Below are positions 9,320-17,807 of a stretch of 64,000 nucleotides of DNA, piece by piece. The translations under genes were made by a program, and so were the position numbers. Source of the stretch: an uncultured bacterium (GTDB lineage: Bacteria; Chlamydiota; Chlamydiia; Chlamydiales; SM23-39); the NCBI GenBank assembly GCA_964351495.1, contig CAYGOC010000012.1:823-64822 (forward strand). The letters are read 5' to 3'. The notes beneath the pieces are model-generated. The model saw only the letters and a list, made by a program, of their open reading frames with translations. It did no database searches and had not been told where the DNA came from. How positions within the stretch are numbered: position 1 is the first letter of the stretch; each line of letters opens with the position of its first letter.

Positions 9320-9422
9320 ATGTAATTCCTACCTTAAATGCATTTGCTCTAGAGATTTTCAACAGACTTGGGGAAACTTTCTATTTTAAGAGGGAGGAAG
9401 CCTCTTAAGGGAGGTTTTCTTT
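9320..9422 (+). pseudogene. 3' remnant of a fourth family A paralog (direct repeat copy 2)
   Basis: Translates as VIPTLNAFALEIFNRLGETFYFKREEAS* versus VIPTLNAFAPEIFNRVGETFYFKSERAS* in 7549..7944; 5' part missing. Confidence 0.82.
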
Positions 9423-9475
9423 CTTTTCCCTATTTTGCTACACTTTTTCTCTTAAAGAAGAAGGAAAAGCCTTTT

Positions 9476-10459
9476 ATGAAAATAGCCATAGTGGGGAGCG
9501 GTTTTGCAGGTCTTGCTCTTTCGTATTTTTTAGTAGAGGCTCAAAAAAAATTTTCTATTACCCTTTTTGATCCCAATCCTTTGGGAGGAAACGCCTCTAA
9601 TATGGCGGTAGGTTTAATGCACCCTTACATGGGGATTTTTGCTAAAAAAAGCTTTGAAGCGGAAAAAGCTATGGAAGAGAGCATTCGGCTTTTTCGAGTC
9701 GCTGAAAAAGAGATAGGCTCTTCTGTTTTTTCTGAGAAGGGAGTTTTTAGACCCTTAGTAGAGCAAAGGCAAGAGAGCTCTTTTTTAGCTTTAGCTGAGA
9801 AGGAGCCATTTGTTTCTTGGTGGGATGCAGCAAAAGTAGAAAAACACTTTGGCTCTTTTTTATCTCCCGGTTGTGTTGGAATTTTTTTGGAAAAAGGAGT
9901 TTTGGTTGAGAGTAAAAAATACGTACGAGGCCTTTTGCAGTTTTTAGAAAAACAGGGAGTAAAAAGGGTTTTTCAAAAAGTAAACTCTTTAAAAGAGCTT
10001 TCTTCTTTTGATAAAATCGCTGTATGCAGCGGGGAGCATTCTATGGATCTTGTCCCTTCTCTTTCTTCTTTTTTACAAAAAAGGAGGGGACAAGTTATAG
10101 AAGGGAATCTGCCTTGCAAGCCTTTATTTTGTCCTGTTTTAGGAAGAGGTCACATTACCTTTCAAGGGGAAAGGTGCTTTTTAGGCTCCACTTATGAGAC
10201 TATGGATACAAGTGAAGAAGAATCTACCCAAAAAAGAGAGGAGCTTCTTATAAGAATAGAAAAGTTTTTCCCGAGCGTAAAACAGCTTGAGATAAAAAAG
10301 ATTTGGGTTGGAACAAGGCTTTTTCAGTCTAAAAGCTATCTTCCTTATATTGGGTTTTTAGATGAAAAAACCAGTGTATTGACAGCTTTAGGCTCTAGAG
10401 GACTTTTATATCATGCCTTTTTTGCTAAAAAATTGGCTAAATCTTGGGTGCAAGGATGA
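9476..10459 (+). CDS. FAD-dependent oxidoreductase (DAO/MnmC-like)
   Basis: MKIAIVGSGFAG Rossmann motif, RGQV, GSTYE, LGSRGL. Confidence 0.88.
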   Translation: MKIAIVGSGFAGLALSYFLVEAQKKFSITLFDPNPLGGNASNMAVGLMHPYMGIFAKKSFEAEKAMEESIRLFRVAEKEIGSSVFSEKGVFRPLVEQRQESSFLALAEKEPFVSWWDAAKVEKHFGSFLSPGCVGIFLEKGVLVESKKYVRGLLQFLEKQGVKRVFQKVNSLKELSSFDKIAVCSGEHSMDLVPSLSSFLQKRRGQVIEGNLPCKPLFCPVLGRGHITFQGERCFLGSTYETMDTSEEESTQKREELLIRIEKFFPSVKQLEIKKIWVGTRLFQSKSYLPYIGFLDEKTSVLTALGSRGLLYHAFFAKKLAKSWVQG

Positions 10460-11232
10460 AGCGAGACCATATGCTATTTTTAGGAACCGGGGGATCTATG
10501 GGTGTTCCCGTTATGGGGTGCAGCTGTCCTGTATGTGTCAGTAAAGATCCTTGTAATAAACGGTTTCGCCCTTCTGTTTTGCTCCATATAAAGGGAAAAA
10601 ATATCGTAATCGATGCAGGACCCGATATTCGAGATCAAGTTTTACAGTATGGCATAAATCGATTAGATGGTCTGATCTTAACGCATATTCATTATGACCA
10701 CATAGGGGGAATAGATGAGCTTAGAGCCTTTAACTTTATCCAAAAAGAGGCGATTCCCTGTCTTTCTTCTAAAGAGACCAAAGAGGATTTAGAAAGAACT
10801 AAAAGCCATATTTTCTCGTTTCATGAAGAAACGAAAAAACCCACCAAACTCTCTTTTCAGCTTTTAGAGGAAGAAGAGGGGGAGACTGTTTTTTTAGGGG
10901 TAAAAATAAGGTATACCTCCTTTTTTCAAAAAGAGGTGAAAGTAAATGGATTTCGGGTGAATAATATGGCTTATATATCGGATATAAAAACCTATAAACC
11001 TTCTATTTTTGCTTTTTTACAAGGGGTAGATACTTTGGTTTTGAGTGTATTAAGAGAGGGCTCTTCTCCTTCTCATCTTTCTTTGGAAGAGGGGATTGCC
11101 TTTTCTAAAAAGGTGGGAGCTAAAAATACGTATTTTACCCATATTGCTCATGAAATAGACCATGAAAAGACAAGTAGAAAGCTGCCCCACGGTATAGAGA
11201 TTGCCTATGATGGACTGGAGCTTGCCTTATGA
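10456..11232 (+). CDS. phnP: Metallo-beta-lactamase-fold hydrolase, PhnP-like
   Basis: FLGTGGSMGVP, CxCxxC, THIHYDHIGG, THIAH, AYDG. Confidence 0.88.
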   Translation: MKRDHMLFLGTGGSMGVPVMGCSCPVCVSKDPCNKRFRPSVLLHIKGKNIVIDAGPDIRDQVLQYGINRLDGLILTHIHYDHIGGIDELRAFNFIQKEAIPCLSSKETKEDLERTKSHIFSFHEETKKPTKLSFQLLEEEEGETVFLGVKIRYTSFFQKEVKVNGFRVNNMAYISDIKTYKPSIFAFLQGVDTLVLSVLREGSSPSHLSLEEGIAFSKKVGAKNTYFTHIAHEIDHEKTSRKLPHGIEIAYDGLELAL

Positions 11233-12560
11233 AAAAAGAAGAAAGTTTTAGTGTAAAAGAAGGAAGATTAGAGGACTTTGGACAAAAAGAGAGAGCTCTT
11301 TTAATCGGAGTTTATCCAACTTCAAAAGAAAAAGAAGAGCAAAGAGAGTTTTTAGAGGAGCTGAAAAGGCTTTCTACCACATATGGATTGGATCCGGTGT
11401 CACTTCACCTTTGTCCATTAAGACAAATAAGTGCAGCTACCTTTTTAGGAAAAGGAAAAGTAGAAGAGATAGCTAAAAAGGTGGAAGAAGAAAAGATCGA
11501 TATTGTGGTGATGGATGAAGAGATATCTCCTCAGCAGCAAAAAAACCTTGAGAAAGCTTTTAAAAGGCCTGTCATAGATAGATCAGAGTTAATCTTAGGT
11601 GTATTTGCTAAAAGAGCCCAAACAAAAGAGGCGAAAGTACAAGTACAGCTTGCAAAATATGAATATCAGCTTCCCAGACTGGCTAAGATGTGGGGCCACT
11701 TAGGTAGACAAAGAACGGGAGGAGGCTCCGGAAAAGGAGGAGGCTACTTAAGAGGGGAGGGAGAAAAACAAATTGAAATAGACCGTAAGATTGTAAAAAA
11801 AGAAATCTCCCATCTTAAAAAACAGCTGCAAGAGATTAAAGGGCAAAGGTTAAGGCAAAGAGAGGCTAGAAAAGAAAAAGGGGTCCCCACTTTTGCTTTG
11901 ATAGGATACACCAACGCAGGAAAGTCAACTCTACTAAATGCCCTTACAAAAGCAAATGTATTTGTAGAAGATAAGCTTTTTGCTACTTTAGACACGAAGA
12001 CTTGCCAATATATTCTCCCCTCAAAAGAGAAAATCCTTTTAATCGATACGGTAGGATTTATCCGAAAACTACCACACCATTTAGTAGCTTCTTTTAAAAG
12101 CACCCTAGAAGAGCTTACCTATGCAGACGCTTTTTTACACGTAATCGATGTAGCAGATCCAAGTGCCAAAGAGCAAGCAAAAGTGGCCTTGACCCTTTTA
12201 CAAGAATTTAAGGTACAAGATAAGCCTCTTATTACGATTTTAAATAAAGTAGACTCTCTGCCCCAAAAAGGAGGACTTCCCTCTCTTTTTTATGCCTTAA
12301 AAAATAGCGTGAAGGTGTCTGCTAAACATAAACAAGGCTTTGATAAGCTGGTTCAAAAAATAGAGAAAGTACTCTCCCTATTTCGAAAAAAGGTAAAGCT
12401 TAGGATCCCCCAAAAAGAGTATTCTCTTTTTTGTAAGTTAAAAGAGATAGGAAAAATCTTAGGAGAAATAGAGTATGAGGACAATGATATGGTCTTCAAC
12501 TTAGAGCTTCCTAAAGCTTGGATCGGGAAGGTAAAGCCCTATTTAGAGAAAAAGCACTAG
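11229..12560 (+). CDS. hflX: Ribosome-splitting GTPase HflX
   Basis: GYTNAGKST, LFATLD, DTVGFI, NKVD, GEGEKQIEIDR. Confidence 0.96.
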   Translation: MKKEESFSVKEGRLEDFGQKERALLIGVYPTSKEKEEQREFLEELKRLSTTYGLDPVSLHLCPLRQISAATFLGKGKVEEIAKKVEEEKIDIVVMDEEISPQQQKNLEKAFKRPVIDRSELILGVFAKRAQTKEAKVQVQLAKYEYQLPRLAKMWGHLGRQRTGGGSGKGGGYLRGEGEKQIEIDRKIVKKEISHLKKQLQEIKGQRLRQREARKEKGVPTFALIGYTNAGKSTLLNALTKANVFVEDKLFATLDTKTCQYILPSKEKILLIDTVGFIRKLPHHLVASFKSTLEELTYADAFLHVIDVADPSAKEQAKVALTLLQEFKVQDKPLITILNKVDSLPQKGGLPSLFYALKNSVKVSAKHKQGFDKLVQKIEKVLSLFRKKVKLRIPQKEYSLFCKLKEIGKILGEIEYEDNDMVFNLELPKAWIGKVKPYLEKKH

Positions 12561-13150
12561 AAGAAGTACTTTTTCACCAGGTCTATAACTCCTTTAGCAA
12601 ACATTTGCACCCCAATTAAGCTCACAATCATACCTCCTAGTCTTTCCACCGCTTTTAACCCCTTTTCTCCGATGAATTTTCTCAAATAAGAGGATACTAA
12701 TATGACAGAAAGAGAAAGGGCCCATGCTAAAAAAGCGGCGGCCGCTACGGTAAAGGGATTGCCTAGCTTTTCTGTGTAAACCATTACCATAGCAATAGAG
12801 CCGGGGCCGGCTATTACGGGAATAGCAATAGGAACCACCAAGGGTTCGTGTTTAGGAAGCCCGGAAATATCTGTGTCTTTAGGAAAAATCATAGTCAAAG
12901 AGATAATAAAAAGAAGGATTCCTCCTGAGATGCCAATTACGGAGCTGTCAACTCCTAAAACGGATAAAATCCAGTTCCCGAAAAAAATGAAAAGAAGAAG
13001 AATCGCCAAGGCAATTAAGAGCTCTCGGACAATAATTTTACGCTGTCTTTTGTGATCATAAGGAGCCAAGATAGCCATGAACAAGGGGATTTGCCCCAGA
13101 GAATTTAATATGAAAAAGATTGAAAAAGCTATATTGACGAAGCTAAGCAT
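12557..13150 (-). CDS. MarC family membrane protein
   Basis: VPIAIPVIAGPG and ERLGGMI motifs; six TM segments. Confidence 0.92.
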   Translation of the reverse strand: MLSFVNIAFSIFFILNSLGQIPLFMAILAPYDHKRQRKIIVRELLIALAILLLFIFFGNWILSVLGVDSSVIGISGGILLFIISLTMIFPKDTDISGLPKHEPLVVPIAIPVIAGPGSIAMVMVYTEKLGNPFTVAAAAFLAWALSLSVILVSSYLRKFIGEKGLKAVERLGGMIVSLIGVQMFAKGVIDLVKKYFF

Positions 13151-13375
13151 ACGGTTTTCCTGTTTTTCTAATTTAGAAGATACAGAAAAAAAGCTTTAAA
13201 TTCTACTGAATAGAAGAAAATCCAGAAAAAGAAAGGGGTTTTAAGTTTTTTATTCTTAATAACAAGGAGATTTTTTTTGTGTTAGTAAATTTTTTTAGTG
13301 ACAAACCTTTTAGTTTGAAGTACCATAAAGTTAAAGGTGACGTGCCTTGAAAATAGGAAACGCTTAGGGGGTTTC

Positions 13376-13627
13376 ATGAGATGTATCAGGTTCTTAGCTC
13401 TACTTTTGATTATTGTAGGTGCTCTTAACTGGGGGCTTTGGGGATTTTTCCAGTATGATTTAGTAGCCTCTTTATTTGGAGGACCTTCTTCTGGTCTTTC
13501 TAGATTGATTTACTCTTTGGTAGGAATTTCTGGTTTATACGGGATCAGTTTTTTCTTTCATAGTTGCCATAGCTCTTGTAATAAGGGCGGATGTTGTTCT
13601 CAAAGAGACAATCAAAACAAACAATAG
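13376..13627 (+). CDS. DUF378 family small membrane protein
   Basis: IVGALNWGLWG...DLV...IYSLVG signature; AGGGG RBS. Confidence 0.88.
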   Translation: MRCIRFLALLLIIVGALNWGLWGFFQYDLVASLFGGPSSGLSRLIYSLVGISGLYGISFFFHSCHSSCNKGGCCSQRDNQNKQ

Positions 13628-13669
13628 TATATCATTTTAGAAGGGGTTTTATTACCCCTTCTTTTTTTT

Positions 13670-14536
13670 ATGCAGATTCTTCTTGCAGGCTCTTCCGGTT
13701 TTATAGGTTCGTATCTTCTCTCTTCTTTTACCAAAAGGGGAGATGTGGTGGTATCTTTAAGTAGAAAAGATTTCTTACTAGATACCCAGCTTTTAGCAAA
13801 GAAACTAGAAGGGATAGATGTGGTAATTAATCTTGTCGGAGAGTCTATCTTCTCTTTTTGGACCAAAAAGAAAAAGCAAAGGATTTTACAAAGCCGCCTT
13901 TTTGCTACAGAAAAACTGGTAGAGGCTATGAAGCTTTTATCGGTCAAACCGCAAGTTTTTTTATCTGCTTCCGGTATTGGAATCTATAAAGAAACAGAAA
14001 GCCCTGTCTCGGAAGAGGGAGAAAAAGGAAGCTCTTTTCTGGCTTTTGTATGCAAGGAATGGGAGAAAAAAGCAGAAGAGGCTAAAAACCTGGGAATACG
14101 AACCCTTTTTATCCGTTTTGGAACAGTTTTAGGGAAGGGAGGTTTTTTGCAAAAAGCCTCTTTTCCAGCCAGGTGGGGACTCTTTCCTATCTTGGGAAAA
14201 GGAAACCAGTTTTTTAGCTGGATTGATATAGAAGATCTATTCTTAGCTATCTGCTTTGTTATAAAAAATCCCTCTTTAGAAGGGCCCATCAACTTTTGTT
14301 CCCCTTTTTTTCTCACGCAAAAAAGGGTGGCAGCTGATATAAACGGGGGAAGAACCTTTTTAAGGATACCTTCGTTTTTTATTTCCTTGGCTTTTAAAGA
14401 GATGGGAGAAGAGCTTCTTTTAAAGGGACAAAAAGTAAGCCCGGAAAAACTAGTAAGGGAAGAGTTTTTGTTTAAGACTCCCCGTTTTATAGACTCTTTA
14501 AAAAAGCATGGTATAGGAAAATGGAAAAAAAAATAA
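13670..14536 (+). CDS. TIGR01777-type NAD-dependent epimerase/oxidoreductase (YfcH-like)
   Basis: AGSSGFIG, INLVGE, SASGIGIY, CKEWE, RFGTVL, SWIDIED. Confidence 0.9.
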   Translation: MQILLAGSSGFIGSYLLSSFTKRGDVVVSLSRKDFLLDTQLLAKKLEGIDVVINLVGESIFSFWTKKKKQRILQSRLFATEKLVEAMKLLSVKPQVFLSASGIGIYKETESPVSEEGEKGSSFLAFVCKEWEKKAEEAKNLGIRTLFIRFGTVLGKGGFLQKASFPARWGLFPILGKGNQFFSWIDIEDLFLAICFVIKNPSLEGPINFCSPFFLTQKRVAADINGGRTFLRIPSFFISLAFKEMGEELLLKGQKVSPEKLVREEFLFKTPRFIDSLKKHGIGKWKKK

Positions 14537-15135
14537 ATCCGTGGCTCAGCATTTGGTTTTCTCCTAGAAAAACAGTTCGGTATCTTTTAGATACAAACCC
14601 GAAAAGAGCCTTTTTCAAGCTCTGCTTCATTTCGAGCCTCTCTTTTTTTGTGTATAAGGAGGGCTTTTTTCTCTCTCTTGTTTTTTTAAAAAAACCTCTT
14701 TTCCCTATATATCTTGCTCTTTCTCTTCTCATTTTTTTTGCTGTAGGGATTCTTTTTATTTTGTTTGAGACTACCCTTACCTACCTTTCAGGAAGAATTC
14801 TAAAGGGAAAGGCTTCTTGGATAGAGCTAAGATCGGTTGTTAGCTGGTCTAGACTTCCTCTGATTGTATATATTTTTTTGCCCTTTTTCTTTTTTCCTGC
14901 AATGGTGCGCGACTCTTGGGGTTTTTTGGCTGTTTTAGGGGCTCTTCTTACATTTTTTTCCTGGATAGAATGTGCTGTAATATGGATTGTGGGAGTTTCC
15001 GAAGCGCAGCATTTTTCCAAAAAAAGGGCTTTTGCTAGCCTCTTTCTGAATCTTGCTTTTTACTTTCTCTTCATTACGGTTTTTTTGGGATTGATTATGC
15101 TGGTTTCCAGCTTGTTAAACGGAAGAGGTTTTTAA
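14521..15135 (+). CDS. Yip1-like membrane protein
   Basis: NPWLSIWFSPRKT N-terminus, GKAS...LR...W motif, five TM segments. Confidence 0.75.
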   Translation: MEKKINPWLSIWFSPRKTVRYLLDTNPKRAFFKLCFISSLSFFVYKEGFFLSLVFLKKPLFPIYLALSLLIFFAVGILFILFETTLTYLSGRILKGKASWIELRSVVSWSRLPLIVYIFLPFFFFPAMVRDSWGFLAVLGALLTFFSWIECAVIWIVGVSEAQHFSKKRAFASLFLNLAFYFLFITVFLGLIMLVSSLLNGRGF

Positions 15136-16034
15136 GAGAGGCTTCTTGTAACCTCTTCAAAGGTTTTAAAATGGGTTTTACAAACGCTTTCTAGAGCGCT
15201 AATTCCTTTTTTTAAGGCAATTTCCCTGGCTGTTTCAAAAACCTTTTTAGAGGCGCCTTTAGGTAAAAGAAAACCGGACTCTTCTGAGAGTTTTTCTAAA
15301 GATTGCAAAAAGGTCATCCTCGCTAAAATAGAAGCTGCCGCTACAACAGGATCGCTTTCAGCGCGAACCATTTGCTTTACCTTTAAGGGAAGTCCTTTTT
15401 TTTCTACCATATTTTCTATAATAGACTCATGGGCAAAGCGATCTACAATAGCTAAAGGACTTTGAGTCTTTTGGAAAAGGGCTTCCATACAAGCTACATG
15501 AGCCCATGCTAACAGGATATTTAGGTTTTTCATCTTAGCATAGAGTTCGTTATATTTTTTGGGAAAAAGCACGACAGAATGAGAAACCACAGTCTCTTTT
15601 ATTTTTTTACCCAGTTTCAAAATGGCACTATCAGAAAAAGACTTGCTATCTCTGACTCCCAGTTCAATCAGCTTTTGTATAGAGGAAGTATCTGCAAAAA
15701 CTCCGACAACACAAAGGGGGCCGAAAAAATCCCCTTTTCCCGTTTCATCCGAACCTATTCTAGGAGAGAAATCGGTATTTGCATGGGGATACGTGTAGGA
15801 AAGATTTTGTAAAATTTCCGGTTCTAAATAAAACTCGATAAATTCTTCTTTTTCTTTTCCTTGTACGGTAAGAGCTCCTGAGGTGTATAAAGTAACGGAA
15901 AGCCCTTTTTTTTTGGCTTGAAAAAGCGTATAGGCCGGGATGCTGAGAGAAAAATCTTGAGATAGCAGATCTTGTTTTAGTTTTTCTGCCAGCTTTAGAT
16001 CAATTTTCGTAGAAAAACAGCTTGGTTTTTTCAT
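15132..16034 (-). CDS. rnhC: Ribonuclease HIII
   Basis: N-terminal TBP-like domain (YTSGALTVQG), IGSDETGKGDFFGP, VRDSK, VAAASILAR; start at ATG 16034. Confidence 0.95.
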   Translation of the reverse strand: MKKPSCFSTKIDLKLAEKLKQDLLSQDFSLSIPAYTLFQAKKKGLSVTLYTSGALTVQGKEKEEFIEFYLEPEILQNLSYTYPHANTDFSPRIGSDETGKGDFFGPLCVVGVFADTSSIQKLIELGVRDSKSFSDSAILKLGKKIKETVVSHSVVLFPKKYNELYAKMKNLNILLAWAHVACMEALFQKTQSPLAIVDRFAHESIIENMVEKKGLPLKVKQMVRAESDPVVAAASILARMTFLQSLEKLSEESGFLLPKGASKKVFETAREIALKKGISALESVCKTHFKTFEEVTRSLS

Positions 16035-16142
16035 AGAGGTCCCTTTCCTTCCCTCGATTATAGCGAAAGAAAAGGTTTGCAGAAATGGATTTTGCGCCAA
16101 ATCGAAGAAAAATGGTAAAATGGAGATAAAAAAGGGTTTTTT

Positions 16143-16553
16143 ATGACAGAAGGACTGAAAGAAATAGGAAAAAGGTTTCGTTCTAAAAGGGAGGAAATGC
16201 ATCTTTCTTTAAAAGAGGTAGAAAATGCTACGTCTATTCGGCAAAACTATTTGGAGTCTATTGAAGAGGGGAATTCAGCGCATTTTCTTTCTCCTGTGTA
16301 TACCATTGGTTTTATCAAACAATATGCTACTTTTTTGGGATTTGATGGAGAAAAAATCATAAAAGAATATCCACAAGCTTTTAAAGCTTTAAATCAGGAA
16401 AAACAAAGCTTTGAATATGGTATTGGCACCTTGGAAGTAAGAGGGGCTCATCAAAGAGGGGTAAGAAAAGCGCAAAACTGGTTTTGGTTAGGATTGGGTA
16501 TTTTAGTCATTTTAGGAGCTTGGTATTTTGGAAAGTGGATTGGAGCTTTCTAA
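16143..16553 (+). CDS. rodZ: RodZ-like helix-turn-helix membrane protein
   Basis: HTH (SLKEVENATSIRQNYLESIEEG; GFIKQYATFLG) plus C-terminal TM; divergent from rnhC as in Chlamydia. Confidence 0.82.
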   Translation: MTEGLKEIGKRFRSKREEMHLSLKEVENATSIRQNYLESIEEGNSAHFLSPVYTIGFIKQYATFLGFDGEKIIKEYPQAFKALNQEKQSFEYGIGTLEVRGAHQRGVRKAQNWFWLGLGILVILGAWYFGKWIGAF

Positions 16554-17471
16554 GTGAGGGTTTTTAAGATTTTTTTTCTTGGAATGATCATGGGAGTATG
16601 TGATTTGATTCCGGGGATTTCTGGGGGAAGCTTTGCTTTTATATTGGGATTTTACCCGAGGTTAATTAGTAGCTTAAATGCTTTTAATTTTTCTGAGGTG
16701 CGCTTTTTTCTAAAAAACAAAAAATTTTCAGAAACTGTTTCTTCTTCTTTTTTCTTTTTATTTTGGCTTTTTTTAGGGATGGGATCTGCTTTTGTTTTGC
16801 TTTCTTTTTGGGTAGGATATCTTTTTAAAGATCCCATTTATAGAGTCTATTTATATTCTCTTTTCTTTGGGGTTTTGTTGGGTTCTATTCGGCAAAGAAG
16901 AAAGAGGGTCGTTTTGTGGAATAAAAAACGGTTTCTCTTTTTTCTTTGCGGATTTTGTCTTTCTTTTTCTATTACCTTTTTGCAAGGGGGGGATTTTCTT
17001 TTTTTAGAAGAGAAAGGCTTTTCGGTGTTTTTAGTTTTATCCGGAATGCTTACGGTATTTGCTATGCTTTTACCGGGTATTTCAGGAAGCTATATCCTTC
17101 TTCTTTTAGGAGTGTATATTCCTGCCTTAGAGGCTTTGTCTTCTTTATGGACTTTGCAAAAGGAGGCCTTTTTATTTTTAGGTCAACTAGCTTTAGGGGC
17201 CTTTTTAGGGTTTTTTCTATTTGCGCGTATTTTGACCTTTTTACAAAAAAAACAAGGGGAAAGTGTAGAGGCAAGTCTTCTGGGTTTTTTACTGGGATCT
17301 TTGGGGTTTATTTGGCCTTACGGTTCTTACATACATACTCTTCACAGGGGAACCCAAGTTTCTCTTACGAATCATGAGCTTGTTTTTTCTTTTGTTTTTT
17401 TAGTTTTGGGTTATTTCTTATTACAAAGGACCTCTAAAAAGGGAGAAAAAACGCTTCCTTTAATAGATTGA
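16554..17471 (+). CDS. DUF368 family membrane protein (putative undecaprenyl-phosphate translocase)
   Basis: Duplicated PGISG motifs (DLIPGISGGS, MLLPGISGS); stop codon supplied by the inserted element. Confidence 0.9.
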   Translation: MRVFKIFFLGMIMGVCDLIPGISGGSFAFILGFYPRLISSLNAFNFSEVRFFLKNKKFSETVSSSFFFLFWLFLGMGSAFVLLSFWVGYLFKDPIYRVYLYSLFFGVLLGSIRQRRKRVVLWNKKRFLFFLCGFCLSFSITFLQGGDFLFLEEKGFSVFLVLSGMLTVFAMLLPGISGSYILLLLGVYIPALEALSSLWTLQKEAFLFLGQLALGAFLGFFLFARILTFLQKKQGESVEASLLGFLLGSLGFIWPYGSYIHTLHRGTQVSLTNHELVFSFVFLVLGYFLLQRTSKKGEKTLPLID

Positions 17472-17637
17472 CAGCTCTCCATGGCTAAAGCCAAGGGATT
17501 CCTAATTCACAGAGAACAGCCAGAGGACGTAGCTTGGTTATTGCAAAAACCCAAAGAGGACTTTTACGTTTTTTACAACCCATGTCCTCCGGTCTTACAT
17601 TCTCTCCAAAGGCTTAACTTCCCGAGTGTCCCTCGGT
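17468..17637 (-). ncRNA. TnpB-type omegaRNA (reRNA) scaffold
   Basis: ACCGAGGGACACTCGGGAAG..GCCTTTGGAGAG..GTAAGACC..TGAATTAGGAATCCC..GTCAA pattern; CCGAG/CTCGG hairpin whose GACA loop can pair with terminal TGTC; AGAGAA/TTCTCT and CCGGAGGAC/GTCCTCTGG stems. Confidence 0.78.
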
Positions 17638-17744
17638 TAGACCTTTAAAGGTGGTTAGGATATACCATTTTGGTATCTTTAAAAAAAGGAAAAAAGCGGC
17701 TTATATCCCCACGGGCTAAAGCCGGGGGTTTTAGGCCGTCAGCG
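17468..17744 (-). mobile_element. Non-autonomous IS200/IS605-family element (MITE/PATE), 277 bp
   Basis: Minus strand: target TTAT, then left end with AAAA + CCCCCGGCTTTAGCCCGTGGGG hairpin; right end GAAT + CCCTTGGCTTTAGCCATGG hairpin ending in TCAA; no transposase or TnpB ORF; excision rejoins ATA GAA TAA. Confidence 0.9.
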
Positions 17745-17807
17745 ATAAGCCTCTTGCATAAAAGAATTAGGATCTTTATCCTTCGGCAAAGGAAATAGGG
17801 TGAGATT

